A stretch of DNA of 59,266 nucleotides, counting the filler, from Sphacelaria rigidula (taxonomy: Eukaryota): the NCBI GenBank assembly GCA_964200075.2. It is 8 parts of 8 records of this genome, joined end to end, with 100 filler letters (N's around TTAATTAATTAA, not from the genome) between each part and the next. Parts side by side here need not be neighbours in the genome. Positions count along the whole stretch, not along the records: positions 44,527 to 51,846 come from CAXNAA020015461.1; positions 51,947 to 59,266 come from CAXNAA020015462.1; 6 more parts are not named here. One strand, given 5' to 3'. The translations under genes and the position numbers were made by a program. Shown piece by piece: positions 47,900 through 59,266 of the stretch; positions within the stretch are counted from its first letter, which is position 1; every line of letters begins with the position of its first letter. A model generated the notes under the pieces. It saw only the letters and a list, made by a program, of their open reading frames with translations, did not search any database and was not told the DNA's origin.

Positions 47900-50800
47900 G
47901 GGGAATAGCGTCGTCCATGTTGTATCACCATGACGCTGGAGACACAAGGACCCGCGGCGAGCGGAAGACGCTTCAGTGTATTAAGCACGTCTAAAATGAG
48001 CTCAAGGGGGCCGGGGTCATCGAGGAAGCGGATGTAGCACGAGTTGTCGGAGTCGGGGGCTGGTAAGTGAATCTTGCCCAATCACCAGAGGGAGTCCTGC
48101 GCCTTGCACCAGAAGTATGCACCATTCGGTAGACGTTTCCTGCGAAAAGAAAGCGATTATTGCGCACGAGAAACAAGGCTATAGCCAGCCATGACGAACT
48201 GGGCCGAATGCTCCCCGGCCGCATAGACCTGTATCTTCGGTTCAACGGACGGTGTTGCGCAACATCGCCTACCCAGTACAGCAAAATTTGTTTTCGGAAA
48301 TGCCGCAAGTCGACTTCCCATTCCCATGTGACCGGCATCAATCCTTTCCAGTGCGTCTTATACATCATTGCTATTTCACCACCACGACCACGGACCAGTT
48401 GGTGTCCGCTCATATGATCAACTACTACGCGTTCCACGGGGGCGTGCACATCCTCAGCCGTGACATGAAAAGGCGGCGACTTGGTGGCGTGCCCCGTCAA
48501 TACGTACTGGCTGAGTCCCAACGGCAATTGTTTGGGCATGTCAGTGGTATCGTGTGGGGTGGTGCAAGGTTTACAGCGCCAGACAGACGCGCGGTTTTTC
48601 TGCGGAGGCCCAGCCTCATCCGTGGGGAAATCGGGGTACGAACGGTTTTCCCCGATGGGTCGATCGTCCGGTGCTGTAGCACTGGGCCTAACGCCCAAAC
48701 TTTTCCACGGCCCGGTTCAATTGAGAGACAGCTTGGCCTTCAACACCTTATCCGGCAAATCCTTATTCGCGCTGGCTCCTTGGCGAATCGTCTGTATATC
48801 GTTGTACACCCACGTCCATGCACCTGCCTTCCACACTGGGCGCTTATGCATCATCGCGTCCAACGTGTCATTGGCACTGATTCCTTTCACCAAATTGATT
48901 TGGCTTTGGTCGCGCACCAAATCATATGCCAACCGCAAATGACGACTCAAAAGGTCATGGTACTCCCTGATATCCCGGTCCAAACCCTGATGACCGCTCA
49001 CGTTGTGGCGCTCGAATATGGTCAACGGTAGCCGCGGCATGCGACCAATGTGGGTTTCATTTGGTGCAAGGCCGGTGGCAATTGTCAGACAACAATTTCC
49101 GGGGGAAACCCCGTTGTGGCATGTAGTTGTACACCAAGAAATTGGCGGTGCCCTCTGCGGAATAGCTGATTTCTGGGACAGCATGCATTACGGCGTGACG
49201 ACTGAATCGATCAGTAATCGACAAATTGTACTTATTGCTACTCTCCAAGGGAGGCAACGGTCCGAAATAGTCTCAAGATATAACTTCACCGGGCCAATTG
49301 GGGAGCGGCATGGACATGATTGATCAACGCACAGTCTGGCGAGACGTCCTGCGTGCCTGACAAGTCAAACAAAGACGCACCGACCAACGGACACTTTGGT
49401 CGATATCTACCCACCAGTAGAATCACTCGATGAACTGGGTCGTCCGAAGTGTTACCAGATCGGTCGAAATATTGGAATGACACTCGTGCAGGACCCACGG
49501 TCGCAGCAGCATTGGAACGTAAGTGCGAAGAGGTTTTTGACCGGGTAATCGAGCATATCTACCGCTGGATGGTCTGACTGAGGGGCTCGCGTGGTTTTGT
49601 GGATCAAAAGTACAGCACCGTCATCATCAATGCGCAGTTCGCCTTTGCGGGCCAGCTCAAAAATTCCATCCTGTGTGGGTGCCCGGCGCCGTCCGACGGG
49701 TTTGGGTATACCTGCGGAGCGGAATGGGAGTGGGCAATTTCGGGACAGGTAGAGTATAGCTGCGCGGCACGTAGACTCGGCTAATTGTTCTCGCGTCCTA
49801 TTTTGGCGGGAAAACAAGCTCTATTTTTCTTTCTTTTTTTACTCTAGTTCCACTAGAAATGAGATCGCGTACTTGTACAGTGAAAACAAATGGGGGGAAC
49901 GGTGAGCTCCGGTGCGTCGGCAACATTCATGCGGCGCCCCGTCACTTTGAAAAGGGCATATGCAAATATGGCACTTGCATGGGTGGGCATCCCCAGAAAC
50001 GAAAGGAAGGAATCAAGGGGGCAAGCCACCGAGCGCCGTTTCCGAGGCAGAAAGTGTCAGCCCACTCATTCTCAAAACCTGACGTCTCGGTGTCAGCCCA
50101 CTCATGCTCAAACCTGGAGTCTCGGTGGAGGCGTACGCGAATGATCTCCGCCGTTAGGTAGCCATTTATGACTACTTGTACTTGATCAGCCAGCAGCAGT
50201 TTCGTGCGATACGGACGTGTGGCGATGGGGGGCGTTCCTCATGGCATGTTGATCTTAAACGGAGCCATCGTGCATCGACCCAAATCCAGAGGTGTGGTGA
50301 AAACTCGCGCGGCATAGCGGATCAGAACATCTAGAAGCTTGTCGATGACCGCTGCAGTACAACCGGCACCGTCGAAATTGAAGGTGATGTGACAGGTGTG
50401 CTGGAACGCCATTCCATAGTCGCAAGAAACTTGCTCGCTGCTCAGGCTGGAAACAATCCAACACTTTTTGAGGCATGTCGGTTTCCGCATCGTCATCCGA
50501 CGCGGTCACAACCATTGTATCAGCTGAAACTGGTCCATTACAGTCAACACTTTGTTCGACCTCAGTTGGGGAAGTGGTACTGATGCGGGGACATATATTA
50601 GACAGAGGTGTACGTAGAAGCGGAGCCGGAGCATACCCCAACAATTGGTTGGGTACCTAACCACTGCGGAGTCGTCAGAAACATTGCTGGCGTCCGTCCT
50701 TTAAAAATACATCTTCCTGTCCGAAGATATGTGTCGGAAAACGCGACCAGCTATTCTCTGTCCAACAAAACATCGAATGCCATGACATCGTGTGGAACAA

Positions 50801-51780
50801 TCAAAACTCAAGCAGAAGGTCGTGCCCATGGGGTGCGTGTCGTTGAAGAGCGGAACAATTAATTGCACAGCCTGGGTGGTACTCAGAAGTAGAACCTGAC
50901 CCGAAGCCAACGAAGGTGCGTGGGGTAGACAGCGGACAGACATTTGTCATCGGCCGCGCCAGTGCCGAGCATGTCCTGCCAGCAATAGGCGGAGAGAAAG
51001 GTCTAAGGGGAGCCCGAGGCCCGTAATGCCAGGGCCATAAGTTGACGACTTGCCCAAGACCCACGATGAAGTCCAACCCTGGTTGTAAAAGACGCATCGT
51101 CTAAGGTGACAACGCCACTCGTGAGATCAGGGCCAATCCGGCAACGAATCGATATGTGTTCGCTGTACCTCCTGAACTCTACGAGTATTGAGATATACTC
51201 TGGGGTGATATTGTGGGGCCTGGCGATGTAGGCACTGGTCTTGGATGTTCTCCAATGTTGCGGCGTCATGGCTACGTATCTCGTAAACCGCTATGGGGGT
51301 GCGACTATTAGTGGTGACCGTCGTGGTAGAGGCGGGGTCGGCTGTGATACCGGTAGGGGGGGGGCATGCACTGCCGACTAGGTAGTGGATGTTCCAAATG
51401 CGGGGTCAGCAGAAATTTCAGCCCTGCACTGCGATGTATCTGCCGAATCATCGACGGTAGTGGACAAAAGGGGCGACTGGTTTTCGCCGTCAGACGTGGT
51501 TCCGGTGGCTGCAGCAGCGGAACTTACGTCTGATTTATCAACATATGCATTGGAAATAGACATGGTCTCCTCGGATATATCGGGAGACACGTTGTCGGGG
51601 GCCAAGATTGGAAACATAGGAGACGAACCGTCAGTTGCCCGCGTTAGGTTGTCGTGATGTGAGATCGCCAGTGGCGGGTCCGCACGTGAACGTGACAACG
51701 AACCGACAGTAGGTAGGGTGGACTTGTGGCTCAACACGTTCCACCTCGACCTCTTTGTTGGTGCTGGCTCAGGGGGCAAC
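47900..51780 (-). mobile_element. Second decayed Ty3/Gypsy pol region: RT N-terminus, deleted RT core, integrase, chromodomain-like region and extended C-terminus
   Basis: DLGRCTMAPFKINMP*GTPPIATRPYR (RT start); NKYNLSITDRFSRHA...GFPRKLLSDN (integrase); KAKLSLN*TGPWK; YKTHWKGLMPVTWEWEVDL. Many frameshifts and stops. Confidence 0.85.
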
Positions 51781-54489
51781 GGGGGGGGGGGGGAGCGTAC
51801 TCATTTGTTTCTTGCCTTAGTCTTTTGGCCATTGACCACGCATCCCNNNNNNNNNNNNNNNNNNNNNNNNNNNNNNNNNNNNNNNNNNNNTTAATTAATT
51901 AANNNNNNNNNNNNNNNNNNNNNNNNNNNNNNNNNNNNNNNNNNNNTGGAGAAAGTACCGTTTTGGGCTCGAACCTCATTTCATTGATGAACCTCATTTT
52001 ATAGAATCCTCTGTTGAAGGGGATTTTGAAAAAGGAGATTATCCCGTTCGTTAAGAAGGGCCCTGACTGTCGTCTGCACAGAAGTCACCGTAAGAACATG
52101 GACGAAAATTTAAAGCTATTGGTTGTAAAAACCAAACAGTTCGATTTTCTCAACTAATTCCACACAATTTAGAGAACTCTCAAAACCTGAGAGAAGGTGG
52201 CCGCTTTGAGTCCGGTCAAACGTACGAAGATACTGTCGAACAGCAATACCAAACTTTGCTGGGATTCGGTTGGGGCAAACCACGGAGAACTGAACAGAAA
52301 TCGACAACTTAACGTTCATGTTAGAAAACAATGCGCATGAAATGGTTTGGAGGCGGAAAAACGCGGATTTTCATGGGGCTCTAACTCTCTGTGCCGCCGT
52401 CAGTTTTACATGCGCTTGCAAAAACACCTAGAGGGGGGACGGGGAAGCCACTCTTCCTGAGATCTTGAGAGTGAACGGGTACATACTATCAAACACTACC
52501 TGAAATCTTGGACTGGAGGTGAACCATGGGTGTGATCATTCACACAATGTATGACGCCATGTTTTAACCAAAAATACACTTCGAAGTAGTATTAAAGAAC
52601 CACAGTTTGTGGAAAATAATTCAGAGGGGGGAAGTTCGAAATCTATCCAAGAAACATGACACAACACCCATCACCACAAACTAAGACGCCCATTCCGCCC
52701 CTCATTGAAAAAAAAGTATCCCTACTTAATGGCAAAAAATCATTTGGTGCTTACTCCATCATCAAAGCCGACACGTTCCCTCCGGCCTGTATATCAAACT
52801 CGCTATCCAAAGCCCGTCTCGAAAGGAAAAGAAACCCCGTACAGAAGAGGAACACACGTGCGTGGGGTTCACGAGGTACTAAATAGTAGGTGCGCGCTTT
52901 CGCGTCGTGCGTGCACGCTTACAGCCGAAACAAGAGAGATTACACCCATCATCGTGTTGTCTTCCCCTTCTAACAAAAACGTCCACGCCCACATAATAAA
53001 CGACCACAAAGTCCACGCAACGTCTTCGGAACGGGTCACACACCGTCTCTCCTCATTAAGTAGCCTACCTTTCCGAAACCCTGAAGCAGGGGGATATCGG
53101 GCATGCGGAGGGGCACCAACGCGGGTTACCCGAAACGCATCGACCGAGACACTCCCAGCGAACAAGACTGAACGCATGTATCCCAGCACAAGCTGCACGT
53201 CGTTCATTAGACGCTATGTGCAGCGTATATGGAGAAAATAGTACCCCACTCACGCACCGGAGGAAGAAAATCAAAGCAGGACATGCTCAGTGATCCCCAA
53301 CGCGCGATCCCAGCAAACTCCTGGGTGATTGCTAGGTAAGGTGGGTCGGTTGGTCATTCACGTAGGTTTTCATGCTCACTTTTCATGGAAAATGACGATG
53401 CCGACACGAACAGATGACATACTTCCTTGCAGTCAAAATACGAGCAAAGAAAAAGTATGACGCATGGAAAATTGTCGTCAATTCCACTCAACTGCTACCA
53501 TCGCGTGCCACTTGACCCCTTCTGTGTACTGCAGCGGTCGTCTCACGAGAACCTATTCAACACTCGGTGTAAGCGCTCGCCGTCACCACTCGTATTCCCG
53601 CCATCAAATCAGCCGGCAACGGATCAATTAGAGCCAGAATAGGTACATTGTCGTGCACAACGCATAGACCCGGAGAACCGTTTCCGTTATCGGCCACAGG
53701 AGTTGTATGGGAATACGCAAATCTCGGAACCAGATGATACGCTGCCGAAAAGGCCACGACCACTCGGCGGGTGACGGCGGGCGCTCGCACGGAGGTGCCA
53801 AGACGCATTTTTCCGTGACTCAAACCCACTTGTTTCTCGGTGGAAATTGCGGAAAACCGTTCCGTCTTACATTCGAAGACTCATCTTTCAAACGGATAAC
53901 AAGTTTGCTGACAAAAAATCTCAACCAATTGTACCATACTGGGGTTGTGCAGACACAGGCCCCGTGAAAAATCCAACGTATGTATGAAACACGAGTATTT
54001 CGGCACCCAACACGATCCAGCAACACAAGTACCAGCCAATATTTGCAAACGATACCGCCATCTCGCAGAAAGGATTCTATCAAACGAATCAGTAGGACGA
54101 GCCTCGATGAGGGAACAGACAGGAAGTCAAGTTGCATGCGGTTTTGTGAGCGGAAAATTAGAAAACTCGGGTCATCTTATTGGCCGATTTTTTTCCCGAC
54201 GGCTGACGTCATCAACGTATAAAACACCCCTCACTTCCACAGGGCCGCGGCTGATGTTAGCCGTCGAGCGAGGAAAATTTCACTAGATTTCCTGAGTTTG
54301 TTACATTGACCAAGAAACAAAACTTCGTGTAAGTCCGATTCATTTTTTTGTCATAGCTTGAAAATATATCTTTCGGCGCAAAGATAGACAGATGCACACG
54401 ACGAAGTACACGTCGAGACGTGGAAAAGTCTCTCCAACACATGAACGTTGAAAAAACAAAGTGCCACAGGGGTGAACACCATTGTGCAG

Positions 54490-57087
54490 TCACGGCGCTC
54501 CTTGCCCACCATCGTGCCGATCCCGTCTTCGTCGGTCCCGAAGTTTTTTATCCGCAGGCGCCGACGGCTGTGATACTGCCAGTGACGAGACAAAGAATGC
54601 AGAAGGCAGAAGCAAGCGCTGCTCTCCGCCAACACCAACACCAACACCGTCACACCCGACGGCGTTCTCGTCACCGCCCGCCGTCTCACACCTACTGCTA
54701 CCCTCGCCCCGACCGCCAGGATCGCTGTCATCACCTTCGTCCGCCGCATCAACGTCTACCCTCCTGCCAGCCTCCCCTTTCATGCCATCAAAGCCACGGT
54801 CGTTCGACGGCAACAAACCCATGCCTTCATGGTGCACACCCGAATCCACCCCCTCGACCGAAGGCGGCAGCGCAATTGCAGCCTCCGCCAGTCCACCCCC
54901 AGTCTCCGAGACGGACGTCCTGGGTCCGCCGCTTCGCCTTTTCCCAGCCACCGCGAACCCCGGCATCATCGATGGCATGGAAGGGGCGGTAGTGCTCGCG
55001 TTTTCACAACCACCCCCCGGCGAGCATCCATCAAACTGGGCATCATCCTCGACAATCTCTCTCCAAACGACCTCTTGCCAATCGGCTTCGCCGGGCATAG
55101 GGGCAGCCACAACTTCAATAGACACCACGCTGGAGGTTTCTGCTTCTGCCTCTACTGCCGTAATCGCCGCCGATACACCCGTATCGATGGAGGTCAATGA
55201 TGCCTCGTTTGCATCGTTTACCGTTGACGCTGATTTTGGTTGCGGGCTGGGGAGGAGGTCTTGTTCGCCCTGAGCCGGGAGAAGCCGGCATCGCAGAATG
55301 ATGCCGAGTCCAGTTTTCCAGGCACTGAACGCGTTCTCGAGAATACCGAGGCGGCGTGTTTCGAGGACTGTTCGGAGCTTTAGCTGATTCGATGCTAGCG
55401 CCAGGAAGCACCTAGGTTGTTGGAAAATCCGTGCGTGAATATGCGGAGAAGGAGATATAAAACTTGTGAGCCGAATGTGCTCCGTCTGTATCCATACAAG
55501 TGATAAGGACACGCACGCATACACAGGCCACTAAAAAAAGGGAATGCCTCGACTCGTACAGACAATGCACACATCAACACGTTTGCGAGTGTCGATTGTT
55601 TTGGCCCGTCGTTTCAGCATAAAACAAAACACACACACACACACACACACACACAGCCTTCCAGAGGTTATTGCGCAAAAAAAATGATACCTCTGAAATT
55701 CGTTCATGATTTCAATAACAGCGGGTAGACAGAAAAAGGGTGTCTCACAACACTCGAGAGGAAGAGACGTTTTCCATCTCCCCAATATCTCAAGCAAGAA
55801 AGATTCGTTTCCCCAAGACCTTGAGCGACAGTAAGACAAACCGTTCGCCCCGAAACAGGCAAAACAACATATCCAGTGTGGTCGACAGAACCACACAAAG
55901 ACCTCCCCAACAAAACAACTGCGTATCAATCACTTCTCTTCCAACAACCAACACCGTTTTCGTGAGACAGAGAGTAGAGCGCTGATTGAGAGTGGCTGTG
56001 ATCGTTCGCTTTAACTTAGCCAACTGTTCATTCCGTGTGTGCTTTTCTTTGCCTCAACAACTGACAACGTTTTCGTGAGATTGAGAGTAGAGCGCTGATT
56101 GAGAGTTGCTGTGATCATTCGCTTCAACTTAGTCAATTTTTAATTCCGTGTGTGCTTTTGTTGACCTCCCAACCACTGGCGTGTGCTAACAGCTACACGT
56201 CGATATTCTACTCGGGGAATTCAAGGGCCCCAGTGGCAAGCTACTACATAAACCATATCGGGCCTCGTGGAGGGGCACTTCGGACCTGAAACGATTCATC
56301 CACTAATTGACCGCTTTTCATATTCAATCTCACGAAAACATTGTACACGTCGGACAGATCATGATCTGTCTGAAACGACTAATCGAACAAGACTCTCGAA
56401 TTCGTTGGTCCGAAAACCAAAAAAATATTCCAAGGGTCGGACAAATCAATGATTCGTGTGGAAATTAATGGGTTATAGTATAGCTGATTCGACTCGTACG
56501 AATCAATCCCTAGGCTTTGTTTTCAGCGTCGCAACCCAGGTACACGCAGCCCAGACCCGTGGGATGGCGCAAAAGTTGCGTGCATACCCCTTGGATCAGC
56601 GGTCAACTTCTTCCCCCCTTTTGGGCAATCAGGCAGAAGAAATCATGAATTTGGTGATTTTTAGTCGTGATGATTCGTTCGAACAGTGAAATATTTGCGC
56701 TACTCGGCGTGCTCGGCGTCCCACGCTGTCGGGAGCGAACGTGGAAAAGAGGGATCTAAATGATCCGGCACATGATCCGGATCAGTATACTGAGAAGTAG
56801 TGATTTTCAGACGGGTCCTGATCTGTCCAACTTGTGAAACATTGTTAACTGTACAAACAACTGAGAAAGAAACACCCCGCATACCTCCTCAGCGCAGCCT
56901 CACGCAGCCGCCTGGCCATTCTCCTTGCCGCTCCCGCCGTCTGCGCCCGTTCCTTCCACCTCATGAACAAACCACGGACGCCCGACAGACCGCTCAACGC
57001 GGATCGACCGGCCTGACTGCGCAAGAGGGCTTGGTTGCGGCGGCCCGTCGTCACCTTGGTATGATCTCGCCACGCACCAAAGCAAGC
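54490..57087 (-). CDS. Spliced host-gene fragment with Sfi1-like (centrin-binding) repeats and a low-complexity C-terminus; exons 56885-57087 and 54490-55411
   Basis: Polypyrimidine+cag acceptor, AG|GTATGC donor, matching phase. Periodic F..W[KR] motifs: ACFGAWRD, RGLFMRWKE, LRRCFLAL, ILENAFSAWKT. Confidence 0.7.
55940..56340. repeat. Repeat family with a ~112-bp tandem duplication; related pieces at 29509-29584 and 30113-30330
   Basis: GTTTTCGTGAGA..GAGAGTAGAGCGCTGATTGAGAGT occurs twice. The inverse TCAATCTCACGAAAAC is at ~56325. CAGCTACACGTCGATAT is inverted at 30239-30255. Confidence 0.7.
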
Positions 57088-57343
57088 CTGTCGCGCGGGG
57101 AGAAGGGAAGGGAAGGGAACGAATAATTTCACACCATTGAGTGAGGTAACAACAAATCCTCATCAATAAACAGCGAGTGTGTAAGGCTTTGACAGGTGGC
57201 AGTAGCAGGGTCGGGTAGGGTACGATTAGGGTGCAGTATTCCAGGCACCCAAGGGGTACTCGTTGAGCCCTCATGATCCGGGTATATTGCGGGCCCTACC
57301 ACAGTGCGTTCACCTCCGCAGTTCTGCGTTATACTAAATGAAC

Positions 57344-57344
<1 letters not shown>

Positions 57345-57384
<40 letters not shown>
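57345..57384. repeat. (GA)n microsatellite
   Basis: About 19 GA units. Confidence 0.9.
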
Positions 57385-57388
<4 letters not shown>

Positions 57389-59201
57389 GAAACAGCGGTG
57401 ATCATGAAAAAAAAGGGAAGGACGGCCTCCGCGTAATTTGCCATGCCACATGTGACAGATTATGTCACATCCGAAAGACATGAAAGAGAAGTACCAATGG
57501 GGTACAGAGTTGGATTCCATGGCAGAATCTTACCACACCCTCACTTGACCCCTTCATGCGGTCACCGGGGTCCTCCTTCTCTACGGGTACCAGCGATGCC
57601 TCATCCTCCGTCAGGGTGCGGCACAACAATTTCCCGATAAATTTCTCGACCCCCGCTACAGGTTAGACCGCCCATGACGTGGACGGGGATGTGAACAGGT
57701 GATTATGCAGCTCAATTTTGGTTTGTTTTCTGTGAAATTTTTGACACGATGTACGGGATGTATGTGCGAAGACTCCACCATCTGCCCCCTACTCTAACTT
57801 TTCGTGAATTATTCACGGTATAGTTCCGAAAAACTGTTCTGATATGTTTAGTCGCCAATAACTCACTGAGGAAGAAACAAAAATGTAGGGGGCAAATGAC
57901 TCAGTCTTTGTACACATGTCCTGTACATCGTGTCAATATTTCATAGAAAAAGACCCGAAATCGAGTTGCATAATCGCGTGTTTGTCTCCAAGATCGGTTC
58001 CTACGTGGAGATGGACCAGTCACGAAAAACGCGGTTATGCTGTTTCATTTCAAGTATTTTCCCACGAAATTTTGACACGATGCGCATCATGGATATTGTA
58101 AAGACCTCATTGTCCCCTCTTGATTTTGTTTCCCTCATCTTCAATGAGTTGTTGATTATTCTGTACGGAAATGGATTTTTCCGAATTTCATATCACTAAT
58201 GACTCATTCGGGGCAAAAACACAAAAAAAATGAAGGGGGGTCGATAGAGGCTTCGCACATTCCTCATGTACATCGTGTCAAAAATTTCATAGCAAATGAC
58301 TCAAAATTGAGCAGCGCAACCGCGCTCTTCTGTCGAGAACACGTTGACTTGCTTTTAGAGTACAACAACCTCAGCCGGAACTTTGACGGTTTGCTCACAC
58401 ACCGCTCACATGTTCGCACACTAGCACCAGACGCCTTGGCGCGCTGGAGGTCTCGTCTGCGTGCCATCTCAGACACTGCGCGCCTACAGTACGACATGCA
58501 CTGTTGTACAACCACAACTTGTGCAGCACCATCACTTTGAGGCCGCGGCACAACCGACAGTAGCCGAAAATACTTTTCCAGCCGGTTTTTCCCCCTTATT
58601 ACGCCGCACATGCCACCCTCAACTCTCTACACTTCGCAGCTGACGACAGTTTGGTATTTCGTTTGATGAGTACTTGTCAACTCGCAGGGCTACGTGAAGT
58701 GAAAGACGCGCGTTGGTTTGCAGATTACCACGATGTGTCACAGTAGGTACAACTCGCGATACGTAGTCTGTTAGGACCGGCTGAAGGAAAGTCCGCTTCT
58801 TCGGCGGCCCAGCCTGTAACGAATCCGACACTTTGCCTACACCCTTCCAATTAGCCTTCCCTCTGTTTCTTTTTATCTTCTCTTTTCGTCGTAATCTTCA
58901 TCCCCCTTCTTTTCTCTTTATTTTTATTTGAACAAAACATTTCCGCATTTCCTCCCTTTGCCTTGTACTTTCGTCTTGTTTTCCTTTCTCTTGCTTTAGG
59001 TCGGCCATTTCTTTCTGTGCTTTGCTTGTGTTGACTTTTTATTACTTTTTTTGTCACGACTTAGTCTGCTACTTCATATGTCGTTCTGTTCGACCACTCT
59101 CTTTTTTTCTTTTTTTCTTCCAATTTTTCTGTTTCTGTTCCTTTTTTTTTCTCGCTCCTGAGAGCGTGTTAAGCTTCGTTTTTCTTGAGTACGTGTAGAC
59201 C

Positions 59202-59266
59202 GGTCGCCCCGGTGGCTCAGTTGGTAACCTCGTAACCTTCTGATGGTTGAGTTGGGGGGTTCGATT
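59202..59266 (+). mobile_element. tRNA-derived SINE head, cut by the window end
   Basis: GGTCGCCCCGGTGGCTCAGTTGGTAACCTCG...GGTTCGATT, the same head as at 8876. Confidence 0.8.

Noticed and set aside
47471..47908. His/Thr- or Cys/Val-rich ORFs
   Set aside because: They are translations of a (CA)n-type microsatellite.
48252..49031. 259-aa plus-strand ORF, and similar ORFs at 38358-38963, 41410-42069 and 54482-55273
   Set aside because: These are shadow frames antisense to Gypsy pol/LTR sequence or to the large host exon.
7322..51946. Regularly spaced TTAATTAATTAA palindromes as a biological repeat or array
   Set aside because: They sit inside fixed-length N runs and stop all reading frames, so they are assembly linkers.

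Overview
This is eukaryotic, repeat-rich DNA of roughly 50% GC. Long introns with strong pyrimidine-tract acceptors, (TTAGGG)-like motifs and the TE families suggest a stramenopile, most likely a brown alga (inference). It is not one locus. Eight contigs of 7321 or 7320 bp are joined by identical 100-nt linkers (N44-TTAATTAATTAA-N44), so this is a size-sorted pseudo-scaffold and adjacency across linkers carries no information. Supported content: (i) spliced host-gene fragments, including an IQ-motif + single-alpha-helix protein (myosin neck/tail-like) and an Sfi1-repeat-like protein; (ii) a decayed chromodomain Ty3/Gypsy element with both LTRs and a GATC TSD, lacking its RT core and carrying a nested 687-bp TA...TA insertion with a 5-bp TSD; (iii) a second decayed Gypsy and a LINE RT fragment; (iv) a tRNA-derived SINE family; (v) hAT BED-finger remnants in inverted arrangement and several MITE/foldback families; (vi) two weakly supported decayed elements, one Plavaka/CACTA-like and one Helitron-like. 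I found no CRISPR array, rRNA or intact tRNA. I also found no intact novel multi-gene system. The best leads are a conserved GNRA-hairpin RNA motif in five copies, the non-canonical TA...TA solo LTR, and the spliced Plavaka-like relic. All family assignments come from motif reading by eye, not from database searches.
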